Source: an uncultured Acidobacteriota bacterium
GTDB lineage: Bacteria > Actinomycetota > Acidimicrobiia > Spongiisociales > ZC4RG35
Length of the DNA stretch: 64,000 nt
Reading direction: 5' to 3'
Assembly (NCBI GenBank): GCA_963828465.1
Contig: CAWHEU010000022.1
Location: 288,001 to 352,000, forward strand
The notes beneath the pieces are model-generated. The model ran no database searches. It was not told where the DNA came from and was given only the letters and a program-made list of their open reading frames with translations. Of this stretch, positions 43,379 through 56,079 are shown one piece after another (within the stretch, counting starts at the first letter, position 1; each line of letters begins with the position of its first letter). A program made the translations under genes and the position numbers.

Positions 43379-44372
43379 GATGCTCGACATGATCCGGACC
43401 CTGGGAGACCAGATCCGCTGGGCACGCGACCTCGAGGTGCCCGATCTCCCCGCCAATGATGAGATTCTCGTTGGCGGCATGGGGGGTTCAGGCATAGCGG
43501 GCGACTTTGGGGCTGCCCTGGCCACGGGAACCCTCGGGCGGGTCGCGGTCCACAAGGGCTATTCGCCCCTGCCCGGATGGGCGCGGCGTGTCAAGCCGAC
43601 CGTGGTTGCTGCCTCGTACTCCGGGAACACCGAGGAGACCCTGGATCTGGTCGAAGCTGCGGCTAGCGCCGGACTCCCGATCGTGACCGTGACCACCGGT
43701 GGGCGTCTGGCCGAGCTGTCGGCCGGCAATGCGTGGCCCACGATCGCAGTTCCGGCAGGGCTCCAGCCGCGTGCTGCTGTCGGCTATTTGGCCGGCGCTC
43801 TGGCGAGACTCTTGAACACGCTCGGTGTCGTGCCCGATCAGACCGCTGCTCTCGATGAAGCGGCCGATCTCGTCGACGCCGCCACTACCGAGGGCTCGGA
43901 AACCTGGGATATGGCACAGGGGCTGGCCAAGGCGCTCGTCGGCAGGGTCACCGTCGTCTACGGCGGCGGTCCCATCAGCTCCACGGCCGCCCAGCGATGG
44001 AAGACCCAGATCAACGAGAATGCCAAGATGCCGGCCTGGTGGTCGGTTCTTCCCGAGCTCGACCACAACGAGATCGTTGGGTGGGAGACGCTTCCGTCGA
44101 TGACACGGGAATCGATCGGCGTCGTGGCATTGACCGACGTCGCCGACCACGAGCGTGTTCGGGCAAGACTCGACCACACCTCACAGCTGACCGAGTTCGC
44201 GGTGCCGTGGCTCGGGGAGGTGTCGGCGCGGGGCGAGTCGGAACTCGCTCGTTTGATGTCACTCACGGTCAGCGGGGACCTGGTGTCCTACATGCTGGCC
44301 GGCGAGGCGGGTGTCGACCCGGTACCGGTCGAGACCATCGAGAAGCTGAAGAAACTACTGGTGAAGGACTGA
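43371..44372 (+). CDS. Bifunctional phosphoglucose/phosphomannose isomerase (SIS family)
   Basis: [42 protein letters not shown]. Confidence 0.92.
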   Translation: MSEMLDMIRTLGDQIRWARDLEVPDLPANDEILVGGMGGSGIAGDFGAALATGTLGRVAVHKGYSPLPGWARRVKPTVVAASYSGNTEETLDLVEAAASAGLPIVTVTTGGRLAELSAGNAWPTIAVPAGLQPRAAVGYLAGALARLLNTLGVVPDQTAALDEAADLVDAATTEGSETWDMAQGLAKALVGRVTVVYGGGPISSTAAQRWKTQINENAKMPAWWSVLPELDHNEIVGWETLPSMTRESIGVVALTDVADHERVRARLDHTSQLTEFAVPWLGEVSARGESELARLMSLTVSGDLVSYMLAGEAGVDPVPVETIEKLKKLLVKD

Positions 44373-44373
44373 G

Positions 44374-45624
44374 ATGAATTACGACATTGCCAACCCCGCA
44401 CTCGCCGAGGCCGGCGCCCGAAGAGTCGAATGGGCAGGGCGCCGCATGCAGGTGCTGGCCACCGTGCGGGAGCGGTTCGCCAAGGAGAAGCCGCTCGACG
44501 GGCTGGTCGTCGCCGCCTGTCTTCACGTGACGGCCGAGACAGCCAATCTGATGCTGGCCCTCCGGGACGGCGGGGCAGATCCTCTGCTCTGTGCCTCAAA
44601 CCCGCTCTCGACCCAGGACGATGTCGCCGCTGCACTCGTCGCCGAGGGCATCCCTGTGTTCGCGATACGGGGCGAGGACGCCGATACGTATTACAAGCAC
44701 ATCCACGCCGTGCTCGACCACGCACCAGCCATCACGATGGATGACGGAGCTGACCTGGCCACGCTGCTCCACACCGATCGGCGGGACATCGAAGTCATTG
44801 GCTCCACCGAGGAGACGACCACCGGTGTCATCCGTCTCAAGGCGATGGCGGCCGACGGCACCCTTCGAGTCCCGGTGGTGGCAGTCAACGACTCAGCCAC
44901 CAAGCATCTGTTCGACAATCACTACGGGACCGGCCAGTCGGCGATCGACGGCATCATCCGCGCCACCAACATCCTCCTGGCCGGACAGAACCTCGTCGTG
45001 ATCGGTTACGGCGATTGCGGGCGCGGCGTGGCCAACCGGGCCGACGGGCTGGGGGCAAACGTGATCGTCGTCGAGATCGACCCTGTGCGGGCGTTGGCGG
45101 CGGCGATGGACGGGTTCCGCGTCATGACCGGTGCCGACGCCGCTCGAGTCGGCGATGTCTTCATCACCCTGACAGGAAACAAGCACGTGCTGAGGATGGA
45201 GCATTTCGACGTGATGAAGGACGGCGTGATCCTGGCCAACGCCGGTCATTTCGACATCGAGCTGGACCTGGCTTCACTGCGAGCGGCATCGGTGGCTCGT
45301 CGTGAGATCCGGGACAATCTCGAGGAGTTCGAGGTCCAGGACGGCAGACGGCTCCTGGTCATCGCAGAGGGGCGGTTGGTCAACCTGGGAGCCGCCGAGG
45401 GACATCCAGCAGACGTCATGGATATGTCCTTCTCCAACCAGGCGCTCGCTGCCGAATACTTGGCGTTGAACGTGGATGACCTCGAGGCGAAGATCTACAC
45501 GTTGCCCACCGAGATCGACGCCGAAGTGGCCCGGATCAAGCTCGAGCATCTCGGCGGGGGAGTCGACAGCCTCACCGAGGACCAGGTGGCATATCTCTCC
45601 GGATGGCAGGAAGGAACTGCATAG
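44374..45624 (+). CDS. ahcY: Adenosylhomocysteinase
   Basis: [52 protein letters not shown]. Confidence 0.97.
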   Translation: MNYDIANPALAEAGARRVEWAGRRMQVLATVRERFAKEKPLDGLVVAACLHVTAETANLMLALRDGGADPLLCASNPLSTQDDVAAALVAEGIPVFAIRGEDADTYYKHIHAVLDHAPAITMDDGADLATLLHTDRRDIEVIGSTEETTTGVIRLKAMAADGTLRVPVVAVNDSATKHLFDNHYGTGQSAIDGIIRATNILLAGQNLVVIGYGDCGRGVANRADGLGANVIVVEIDPVRALAAAMDGFRVMTGADAARVGDVFITLTGNKHVLRMEHFDVMKDGVILANAGHFDIELDLASLRAASVARREIRDNLEEFEVQDGRRLLVIAEGRLVNLGAAEGHPADVMDMSFSNQALAAEYLALNVDDLEAKIYTLPTEIDAEVARIKLEHLGGGVDSLTEDQVAYLSGWQEGTA

Positions 45625-45628
45625 TTTC

Positions 45629-45650
45629 TGTCCCGGACCATCGATACGGT
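45629..45650 (+). promoter_or_regulatory. RecA-NDp/PafBC-like promoter upstream of comF
   Basis: TGTCCC-GGACCATCGA-TACGGT (TGTC..-N10-TANNNT). Confidence 0.5.
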
Positions 45651-45658
45651 CGATGGTG

Positions 45659-46222
45659 ATGCTTTGCCAGGCGTGTCATACCGCCGGCCGCGGGTTCCTC
45701 TGCCCCCGGTGCCGCGCCCAGTTGCGTCCTGCGCCGGAACGGATACTCGATGGCGGCATCCGGCTGGTGGCGGCGTTCGAACACGAGGGTGTGGCCCGTG
45801 AGCTCGTGCACGGGCTCAAATACAGGGGCATGACCTCGTTCGCCGATCTGGTGGTCGCCTCGGTCTCCTCTCGAGTGCCGCCTCTTCCAGTCGTGCCCGT
45901 GCCCAGGACTTGGTCACGTCAAGTCCGCTACGGCATCGACCCGGCCCGTGAGATCGGTTTGCGGCTCGCACGGGCCAAGGGTGTGCCGCTGATCGACCTT
46001 TTCTCGGCGCCCCTTCATGCTCCTCGGCGGGCAGGCGGTGACCACAACCGCCCGCCCCCGGAACTCAAGGCGGCGAAGGCCTTGTTGGGACCCGTGGTCC
46101 TTGTCGACGATGTTGTCACGACCGGGGCCACGATCACCTCTGCCGTGAAGACATTGGGATCTGAGCGAATCGCGCTTGTGCTGGCGGCCACTTTGGCCGA
46201 TACGGTGTCTAGTCCCCAATAA
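45659..46222 (+). CDS. comF: ComF-family protein
   Basis: CQAC...CPRC, LVHGLKYRG, VVPVP, VVLVDDVVTTGAT. Confidence 0.85.
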   Translation: MLCQACHTAGRGFLCPRCRAQLRPAPERILDGGIRLVAAFEHEGVARELVHGLKYRGMTSFADLVVASVSSRVPPLPVVPVPRTWSRQVRYGIDPAREIGLRLARAKGVPLIDLFSAPLHAPRRAGGDHNRPPPELKAAKALLGPVVLVDDVVTTGATITSAVKTLGSERIALVLAATLADTVSSPQ

Positions 46223-46278
46223 ATCCAACCTGGAGAACCCATGAATTATCGACATCTTTCGCCTCGAGGCTTGCGCTG

Positions 46279-46929
46279 ATGGCCTCTGTGGTGATAGTCG
46301 ACGACGCCGAGCTGTTTCGCGAGGCGTTGCGCGCCGCGTTCGTCCAGGAGGGCTTCGAAGTCAAAGCGGTGGCGGCCGATGCGATGCGTGCCATCGACAT
46401 GGCCAAGGTGCACCAACCCGACCTGGTGATGCTGGACCTGCTCATGCCCGGCATGTCCGGGGTGGAGGTGGTCGGAACGATCATCAAGGCATGTCCCAAC
46501 ACACGGGTCGTGCTGCTCACATCGAGCGAATCGGCCAAGGACCTGCTGGCAGCCGTCAAGGCCGGAGCCTCCGGTTACCTGACGAAGGACACACCGCTGC
46601 CCCGCCTCGTGGCAGCCATGCACGATGTCGTTGCCGGGGGCGCCGCCATCTCTCCGGCGATGGGCGGCAAACTGTTCAGTGCCCTACGTGACCTGCTCCG
46701 GCACCACGGAGAAGCCGTGGCCCGTAGCCCTGAGCTGACGGGGCGCGAGCTCGAGATCCTGGGCTATGTAGGTGCCGGCAAGACCTCGAAAGAGATTGCG
46801 GCCGAGCTGTACATCTCCGAGAACACCGTTCGCAACCACGTGCGCAACGTCCTCGACAAGCTGGGCCTCAAATCCCGGTTCGAGGCCGTCACCTGGGCGC
46901 AGCGCGAAGGCCTCATCGAGGTCCGCTGA
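46279..46929 (+). CDS. Orphan NarL/LuxR-family response regulator
   Basis: IVDD, MLDLLMP, GYLTKD, LTGRELEIL, LYISENTVRNHV. Confidence 0.93.
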   Translation: MASVVIVDDAELFREALRAAFVQEGFEVKAVAADAMRAIDMAKVHQPDLVMLDLLMPGMSGVEVVGTIIKACPNTRVVLLTSSESAKDLLAAVKAGASGYLTKDTPLPRLVAAMHDVVAGGAAISPAMGGKLFSALRDLLRHHGEAVARSPELTGRELEILGYVGAGKTSKEIAAELYISENTVRNHVRNVLDKLGLKSRFEAVTWAQREGLIEVR

Positions 46930-46990
46930 CCGGGCTCGTCTCCATTCAGGAAGTGGGTCAACTCGGGCCCACCGGTAGCATGAAATCCCA

Positions 46991-49597
<2,607 letters not shown>

Positions 49598-49605
49598 GCG
49601 TTCCG

Positions 49606-50739
49606 ATGTCCTACGAGACCTCCGACCCGAAAGCCACGCTGGCCGAGCTACGTCAACGGCTGGTTGAGGCGCGTCGCTTTCTCGACCTCGAGACCAAGGA
49701 GAAGGAGCTCGAGGACCTGAGGGAGCGGGCCTCGGCCCCGGACCTGTGGGACGACCCCGACGAGGCACGGACGGTCAGTCAGCGTCTCGCCCGATACGAG
49801 GGCCTGTTCGACATGGTCAGCGGTCTCACTGCCAAGATCGATGACGCCGAAGTGCTGCTGCAGCTGGCCGACGAGGCCGGCGACGACGTGGCACGCAAGG
49901 AAGCGCTGGAAGAACTTGCTGAAGTCTCAAGCGAGCTCGATGCGCTGGAGCTCGAGTCGCTCTATTTCGACGAGTACGACGAGTCCGACGCCATCCTCAG
50001 CGTGCATGCCGGCGCCGGGGGAGTAGATGCCCAGGATTGGGCCGAAATGCTGGCCCGGATGTATCAGCGCTTCCTCTCCGACTCCGGGTTCACCTACACA
50101 GTCGAGGAAGTAACCGAAGGTGAAGAGGCGGGGATCAAGTCGGCGACCCTCTCGGTGAAAGGTGACAGGGCGTACGGGACGTTGGAGGCAGAGAGAGGGG
50201 TGCACCGTCTCGTACGGATCAGCCCCTTCGACTCACAGGCCCGCCGGCACACCTCCTTCGCCGGCGTCGTCGTCGTCCCCGATCTCGGCGATCAGGCCAA
50301 GGTGGAGATCGACGAGGACGACCTACGTATCGACACCTATCGCTCGCAGGGAGCAGGCGGACAGCATGTGAACACCACCGATTCGGCGGTGCGTATCACT
50401 CATATCCCCAGCGGGATCGTGGTGCAATGCCAGAACGAGCGGTCCCAACTCCAAAACAAGGCGAGGGCGATGGCGATCCTCCAGTCACGTCTCGCCGAGC
50501 GGGCGCGCCAGGAAAGACAGGCTCATCTCCAAGAGCTCAGGGGAGATCAGGGAGAAGCCGCCTGGGGCCGCCAGATCCGTTCCTATGTCCTCCAGCCCTA
50601 CCAGATGGTCAAGGATCTGCGCACCGAGCATGAGGTGGGGAATGTCCAGGGAGTGCTCGACGGGGATCTGATGGGCTTCGTGGAGGCTTATCTACGTTGG
50701 CGACGGGCTCTCCACGAGGCGGGCACTGATTCCGCGTAG
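49606..50739 (+). CDS. prfB: Peptide chain release factor 2 (no programmed frameshift)
   Basis: GVHRLVRISPFD, GAGGQHVN, QIRSYVLQPY; continuous ORF. Confidence 0.97.
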   Translation: MSYETSDPKATLAELRQRLVEARRFLDLETKEKELEDLRERASAPDLWDDPDEARTVSQRLARYEGLFDMVSGLTAKIDDAEVLLQLADEAGDDVARKEALEELAEVSSELDALELESLYFDEYDESDAILSVHAGAGGVDAQDWAEMLARMYQRFLSDSGFTYTVEEVTEGEEAGIKSATLSVKGDRAYGTLEAERGVHRLVRISPFDSQARRHTSFAGVVVVPDLGDQAKVEIDEDDLRIDTYRSQGAGGQHVNTTDSAVRITHIPSGIVVQCQNERSQLQNKARAMAILQSRLAERARQERQAHLQELRGDQGEAAWGRQIRSYVLQPYQMVKDLRTEHEVGNVQGVLDGDLMGFVEAYLRWRRALHEAGTDSA

Positions 50740-50811
50740 GTCCGGCCGGGCCGTTACCGTTCCCAGGTCCGTGACTCAGCCAAACGAGGCTGCGACACTC
50801 CCTTTGTCCCC

Positions 50812-51501
50812 ATGATTCGGCTCGAACACGTAACCAAGGTCTACGAGGGCGGCACCGTCGCCGCCCATGACATCTCCCTCGACATCCAGAAGGGAGAGTT
50901 CGTGTTTCTCGTCGGGCCTTCGGGCTCTGGCAAGTCCACCTTGATCCGTCTGATGCTGAGGGACGAAGGGGTCACCCGGGGCAAGGTCTGGGTGGCCGGC
51001 AAGGACATCACGACTCTGCCCAAGTGGAAGATCCCCTACCTCCGACGGTCGGTTGGCACGGTGTTCCAGGACTACAAGCTTCTCCCGAACAAAACCGTAG
51101 CGGAGAACGTCTCGTTCGCCCTCGAAGTACTGGGGCGGCCTCGCTCGGTGATCGGGCCCCAGGTCGACCAGGTGCTCGACCTCGTCGGTCTCGCCGACAT
51201 GGGCGGGCGCTATCCGAAACAGCTCTCCGGTGGCGAGCAACAACGTGTCTCGGTGGCCCGGGCATTCGTCAACAGACCGCCGATCATGCTTGCCGACGAG
51301 CCGACCGGGAACCTCGACCCCAAGACGTCGGTCGGGATCATGAAGCTGCTCGACCGTATCAACCGCACCGGCACCACCATTGTCATGGCCACCCACGACT
51401 TCGCCATCGTCGACGCCATGCAGCGGAGGGTCGTCGCCCTCGACAAGGGCGTTGTCACCAGGGATGAGCACTCGGGCAAGTACGACCAGGGCCAGGCGTG
51501 A
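50812..51501 (+). CDS. ftsE: Cell division ATP-binding protein FtsE
   Basis: GPSGSGKST, VFQDYKLL, LSGGEQQRV, ADEPTGNLDP. Confidence 0.95.
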   Translation: MIRLEHVTKVYEGGTVAAHDISLDIQKGEFVFLVGPSGSGKSTLIRLMLRDEGVTRGKVWVAGKDITTLPKWKIPYLRRSVGTVFQDYKLLPNKTVAENVSFALEVLGRPRSVIGPQVDQVLDLVGLADMGGRYPKQLSGGEQQRVSVARAFVNRPPIMLADEPTGNLDPKTSVGIMKLLDRINRTGTTIVMATHDFAIVDAMQRRVVALDKGVVTRDEHSGKYDQGQA

Positions 51502-52424
51502 GCCGGTTCTTCTTCCTCCTCAGAGAGGCGCTGGTCAACCTCAAGCGGAACTTCCTGGTCGTCGCCGGTGCCGTTCTAGCGGTGTTCATCTCCCTGAGCC
51601 TTGCCTTTGGCGCCTTGGTAGTGAATGAGATCCTGCGCCTCAACACTCTGGCCTGGCAGGAGGGGGTGCACGTCATCGCCTTCCTGCAGGACGAGGGGTC
51701 AAATGGGGTTCCACCAGGTGCCCACCTGGCCCTGCTGGATGAGGTCGAGACCTGGGAAGAGGTGAACGGCGCCTTCTACGTCGACAAGGCGCAAGCCTGG
51801 GTCGAATACCAGGAGATCTTCGCCGGCCAGGACGAATTGCTCGAAATCGACCCCACCATCCTTCCGGCCTCGATCCGCATCGAACTGGTGGCCATCGAGT
51901 TGCACCAATCGGTCAAGTTCAAGCTGGAGCAACAGCAGCAGGTGGTGCGGCGGGTCGACACCGCCGCCGAACAGATCGAACAGTTGCAGAACCTCTCGAG
52001 TGTGCTCAACGTGCTCGGCATCGGGATGGCCGTTGTCCTCGGCGTTTCGGCCGTTGTCCTCATCGCCAACACCATCCGTCTCGCCATCTACGCCCGCCGT
52101 GACGAAGTCGAGATCATGAAGCTGGTGGGGGCATCCAACTGGTACATCAGGATCCCGTTCCTCTTGGAGGGTCTTATCGAGGGGGTGGTCGGCGCGGCTC
52201 TCGCTGTGTTCACCGTGTGGTTGGGTGCATCGCGATTGGCCGAGGCGAGCCAGGGCTTCGCTCTGTTCCGGCTCGATGTCAGCAACCAGTTCTTCTTCCG
52301 TTGGGGCTTGCTCTTCATCATCTTTGGTGCGGCTGCCGGCGTTATCGGCTCCCTCCTCGGATTGAGCCGTTACCTCCGTGAGGCCGACGGGACCGGGGAA
52401 GAGATCCCGACCGGAGCGGCCTAG
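51498..52424 (+). CDS. ftsX: Cell division permease FtsX
   Basis: LPASIRI, IANTIRLAIYARRDEVEIMKLVGAS.WYIRIPFLLEG. Confidence 0.95.
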   Translation: MSRFFFLLREALVNLKRNFLVVAGAVLAVFISLSLAFGALVVNEILRLNTLAWQEGVHVIAFLQDEGSNGVPPGAHLALLDEVETWEEVNGAFYVDKAQAWVEYQEIFAGQDELLEIDPTILPASIRIELVAIELHQSVKFKLEQQQQVVRRVDTAAEQIEQLQNLSSVLNVLGIGMAVVLGVSAVVLIANTIRLAIYARRDEVEIMKLVGASNWYIRIPFLLEGLIEGVVGAALAVFTVWLGASRLAEASQGFALFRLDVSNQFFFRWGLLFIIFGAAAGVIGSLLGLSRYLREADGTGEEIPTGAA

Positions 52425-52909
52425 TGGCGGGCTCGGCGCAGACCGAGCGGGTCAAGGCCGTGGCCAGCAACCGGAGGGCGCGACGCAACTACATGGTTGT
52501 CGAGACGGTCGAGGCGGGTCTCGCCCTTCTCGGATCCGAGGTCAAATCCTTGCGTGAGGGGCGTCTCGACCTCAAGGACTCCTACGCACTGATCAAGGGC
52601 GGCGAGGCCTTTCTGGTCGGCGCCTATATCGCTCCCTATGAGTTCGCCCGGGATGGTGGCCACGAGCCGGAACGGGAGCGAAAACTCCTGCTCCACCGGC
52701 GCGAGATCGACCGGATCGGGGGTCAGATCGCCGAGAAGGGCCTCACCCTCGTCCCGCTCCAGGTGTACTTCAAGCAGGGGAAGGCCAAGGTCGAGCTTGG
52801 CCTGGCCAAAGGCAAGACGTCCTATGACAAGCGGGAGACGCTCAAGGAAAGGGACGCGGATCGTGAGATCGAACGCGCCCTCCGGAGGCGTTCCAATAAT
52901 CCCGGATGA
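52424..52909 (+). CDS. smpB: SsrA-binding protein
   Basis: NRRARRNY, EAGLAL.GSEVKSLR, RKLLLHRREI, GKTSYDKRE. Confidence 0.97.
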   Translation: MAGSAQTERVKAVASNRRARRNYMVVETVEAGLALLGSEVKSLREGRLDLKDSYALIKGGEAFLVGAYIAPYEFARDGGHEPERERKLLLHRREIDRIGGQIAEKGLTLVPLQVYFKQGKAKVELGLAKGKTSYDKRETLKERDADREIERALRRRSNNPG

Positions 52910-52948
52910 GAAAGTCGGGCCTAAGCGTTAGTCTCAACGTATCCCATT

Positions 52949-53296
52949 GGGGGTGAAACGGTTTCGACGTTGAGTGTTGAGGCGTTGGAAGCGAGCCGGG
53001 GTCTCCGGGGCCCCGTCAATAAACCGGAAAAACCAATAAGTGCCGAAGATAACTTCGCACTGGCTGCCTAATTAAGTAGCCCGTCCGCCCGACCGAATCC
53101 CGCACGGTCGGGGCCGGGCGCCGCAAAGCGGGACGCCCCCCACGGGGTTTCGGGACCGTGGGGCCAAGCCAACTCCGGATAGGCGCAGGGAAACTCGTCG
53201 TCAGAGTTCCTGTGGCCGAAAGCTCGCTGACGACTGCGCTCGGAGATGCCGGCGCCGACGGCTCGACGGACCGGGGTTCGACTCCCCGCACCTCCA
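52949..53296 (+). ncRNA. ssrA: tmRNA; tag peptide (A)AEDNFALAA encoded at 53042-53071
   Basis: 5' GGGGGTGAAACGGTTTCGAC; 3' T-arm GGGGTTCGACTCCCC and CACCTCCA; follows smpB; CCA not encoded. Confidence 0.97.
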
Positions 53297-53298
53297 CT

Positions 53299-53324
53299 TT
53301 GTCCCGCCTCACGAGGCGGGACAA
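53299..53324. terminator. Hairpin between the convergent ssrA and tetR genes
   Basis: TTGTCCCGCCTC-AC-GAGGCGGGACAA, perfect 12-bp inverted repeat. Confidence 0.75.
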
Positions 53325-53327
53325 GCT

Positions 53328-54003
53328 TTATTCGTCCCTTTCCCTTCGTGCGCTGCCGGATGCACGCTCGATCCCATCGAGCAGCCAGTCGATCCCGGCC
53401 CGGAAGGTCTCATCATCCGGAGCCCTCGCCAGGGGTTCCGCGAGACTCCTCACCTCCTGATACTCCTCACGCGGCAGGCTGCGAAAAGCGGACTCGCCTC
53501 GGTGGGATCTCTCCTCATCATTCTGTCGGGGTGCCTGAAAGGCGGCGTAGCCGAGTGAGAAGATCAGGAGGATCCGAAAAGCGCCGACCACGTCCTCGCC
53601 CTCGAGGCCTGCCTTGCGCAGAGCCAGGATGGTCACCTCACCCAGTCTCGCCGCGTTTGGGCCCGGCACTCGGTCGAGTGAGGAACACGTCTACCAATTG
53701 GGGATGAGACAACAACAGTCGACGCGAGTCGTCCATGATCTTGGTGAGCCCCTCCCGCCAGCCCATCGACTCGAGACCCTCGGTCTCTATGTCGCCCAGC
53801 AATGAATCGAGCAGGGCATCGAGCAGGGCATCCTTGGTGGGGTAGTAGGTGTAGAGAGCGTTTGGCATCACATCGAGCGCATCGGCGAGCCGTCGCATCG
53901 TCAAAGCCGCCACGCCCTCCTGATCGGCAATCGCTCGGGCCGCAGCGAGGACAGATTCCGCGGACAAACCGGCCTTTTGCCCTGCATGGCGTTGCTCTTG
54001 CAT
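53328..54003 (-). CDS. TetR-family regulator (TetR_C-type C-terminus); frameshift near 53657
   Basis: LTMRRLADALDV.PNALY.YYPTKDALL; C-terminal FRAGIDWLLDGI in ORF 53328-53669. Confidence 0.9.
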
Positions 54004-54058
54004 AACTCAATTGTACAGTGTACAGTAGCTGTACAGCGTACAGCAACAACCAAGGAGG
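53998..54058. promoter_or_regulatory. Divergent promoters with two tandem palindromic operators
   Basis: TGTACA-G-TGTACA (54012-24) and CTGTACA-G-CGTACAG (54029-43); plus strand TTGCAT-N17-TACAGT and AAGGAGG; minus strand TACAAT 6 nt before the tetR ATG. Confidence 0.8.
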
Positions 54059-54065
54059 CATTGTC

Positions 54066-54830
54066 ATGAGTGCGCATGTTTTGATCCCCGGCGCGTGGCT
54101 CGGAGGCTGGGCGTGGGACGACGTATCTGCGGTGCTTCGAGCCCACGGGTCTGAGGTCTTGGCGGTGACCTTGCCCGGGCTGGCGGATCGGGAAGCCGAG
54201 GCCACATCCGATACAGGCATCGAGGACTATGTGACCGACGTTGTCGATCGGATCGTCGGCGAGGATCTGGACGATGTGATCCTGGTCGGTCACAGCTTCG
54301 GTGGCGCTGTCGCCGGAGGCGTCGCCGATCGGATCGCCGAACGTCTCTCCGCCGTGGTCTATGTCGACTCGGGGCCGATGCCAAGCGGTTCCTCGTACAT
54401 GGATCTGCTCGAGGGCCCGCAACTCGAGTTCATCCGGCGCATCGTCGATGAGCGCGGTGATGGATGGCTGGTCCCGATGCCAACTTGGGAGGAGTTCGGT
54501 GCCGATTTCCAGGCGAGCCTCGAAGGTGTGGGCAGGGTCGAACTCGATCGCATGAGGACCATGGCAACGCCGCAGCCGTTGGGGACATGGACTCAGCCAC
54601 TGGTGAGGCGACAGGCCGGGACCGTGGCAAAGGTTCCGAAGGTCTTGATTGCCACGAGCCTTCCCTTGGCGGTGGTCGAGCAGCTCATTGCCGGTAGCCA
54701 TCCCTGGTTCGCAGAGTTGAGCAGCCCTGAATGGAGGTTCGAGGAGCTGCCCACCGGTCACTGGCCGATGTTCTCTCGTCCCGACGAGCTCGCAGAGCTC
54801 CTACTCAAGGTCCCGGCGAAAGTCGATTGA
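54066..54830 (+). CDS. Alpha/beta hydrolase (esterase, Abhydrolase_6-like)
   Basis: LIPGAWLGGWAW, LVGHSFGG, LPTGHWPMFSRP. Confidence 0.9.
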   Translation: MSAHVLIPGAWLGGWAWDDVSAVLRAHGSEVLAVTLPGLADREAEATSDTGIEDYVTDVVDRIVGEDLDDVILVGHSFGGAVAGGVADRIAERLSAVVYVDSGPMPSGSSYMDLLEGPQLEFIRRIVDERGDGWLVPMPTWEEFGADFQASLEGVGRVELDRMRTMATPQPLGTWTQPLVRRQAGTVAKVPKVLIATSLPLAVVEQLIAGSHPWFAELSSPEWRFEELPTGHWPMFSRPDELAELLLKVPAKVD

Positions 54831-54841
54831 ACGACCGGGTG

Positions 54842-55159
54842 CTAGCCACCCGTGTTCTCGTCGATCCAGGCGAGATATGGGTGGCTGCCCTCGTCCATCT
54901 CGATCATCAGCACCGGTGGCACTTCATAGGAGTGCATCTCCGTGACAGTGGCTTGGATGGCCTCGAAACGATCACGTCGGGTCTTGACCAGCATCAGCCA
55001 CTCCTGATCCTCGATGATCTCGCCTCGCCATCGATAGATGCTCTCGATCGGGAGGATCTGTGCTCCAGCGGCCAGCCCCGATTCGACTAGTTGTTTGGCG
55101 ATGCCCCTGGCCTCCGCCGGGTCACCGCACGTGATCATCACGAGGGCGTGTCCGTCCAT
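54842..55159 (-). CDS. cutA: Divalent-cation tolerance protein CutA
   Basis: LVESGLAAGAQI..IESIYRWRG, HSYEVP, YLAWI. Confidence 0.92.
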   Translation of the reverse strand: MDGHALVMITCGDPAEARGIAKQLVESGLAAGAQILPIESIYRWRGEIIEDQEWLMLVKTRRDRFEAIQATVTEMHSYEVPPVLMIEMDEGSHPYLAWIDENTGG

Positions 55160-55196
55160 TCAGGGACTCGATGGTATTCCTGCGTACCGTAGGTGA

Positions 55197-55745
55197 ATGG
55201 GTCTCGCCTCTCATCTCGGCTACCGGCCAGGCGACCAGAACATGATCCAGCGTTGGGTCATCGCCCTGGCCTCGACCCGCGTGGTGTCGGCATTGAGCCG
55301 CAAAGTACTGCCCTCACTCGACCGGTTCGCACTCCGGATGACCGGGGGTAGATCGACTGTCACGTCCGTGACGAGCGGATTGCCCGTGCTGTGGCTGACG
55401 ACACGCGGGGCCAAGTCCGGCACCGATCGAACTGTCCCCTTGATCGGATTTCCGCTGAATGACGATCTTGCGATCCTCGGCACCCATTTCGGTTCCGAGA
55501 CGACGCCGGGATGGGTGCACAATCTCGAAATCAATCCCGGCGCAAGGGTCGCATTCAGGGGGATGGAAAGACCGGTGCGCGCACGGCCAGCCGACCCTCG
55601 AGAGGAGTCGGAGACTTGGGACCGGGCTGCCACCTCCTATCCCGGGTATCGGCACTATGCCGGCCGGGCATCTCATCGCACGATCAGGGTGTTTGTCCTA
55701 GAGCCATTGGAGATTGATGAGTCGCCACCCGGGGTAGGGTCATAA
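55197..55745 (+). CDS. Deazaflavin (F420)-dependent nitroreductase family protein (Ddn-like)
   Basis: LTTRGAKSG..RTVPL, PGWVHNL..NP, YPGY..Y, RTIRVFVL. Confidence 0.88.
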   Translation: MGLASHLGYRPGDQNMIQRWVIALASTRVVSALSRKVLPSLDRFALRMTGGRSTVTSVTSGLPVLWLTTRGAKSGTDRTVPLIGFPLNDDLAILGTHFGSETTPGWVHNLEINPGARVAFRGMERPVRARPADPREESETWDRAATSYPGYRHYAGRASHRTIRVFVLEPLEIDESPPGVGS

Positions 55746-55776
55746 TGACGGCACTTTCGAGACGAGGTGAAAAGAA

Positions 55777-56079
55777 GTGGCCGACAAGACCAAGCTGATG
55801 GTTTGGATCGATCAGGACCTGTGCACGGGCGACGGGATCTGCGAAGAGATCACACCGGACGTCTTCGTGGGTCGTGACGACGGCCTGTGGGTGGTGAAAG
55901 AAGAGTCGAAGCATTTCGGGCGCACCGTGGTATTCGACGGGGAGCAGGCGCCCGAGGGCGCCCGCGGCGTGGCCAGGGTCCCCGATGCCCTGATCGAGGA
56001 CACCATCGAGTCGGCTGAGGAATGTCCTGGCGAGTGCATCATGATCGAGCCCTACAGCGAGGACGCGGTTCATGCCTGA
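55777..56079 (+). CDS. Single-cluster ferredoxin
   Basis: VWIDQDLCTGDGICEEITPDVF ... AEECPGECI. Confidence 0.9.
   Translation: MADKTKLMVWIDQDLCTGDGICEEITPDVFVGRDDGLWVVKEESKHFGRTVVFDGEQAPEGARGVARVPDALIEDTIESAEECPGECIMIEPYSEDAVHA

Noticed and set aside
44360-44376. SAH riboswitch before ahcY
   Set aside because: Only 1 nt separates ahcY from the upstream gene.
49672-49690. Programmed +1 frameshift in prfB
   Set aside because: The ORF is continuous (TTT CTC GAC) with no CTT-TGA site.
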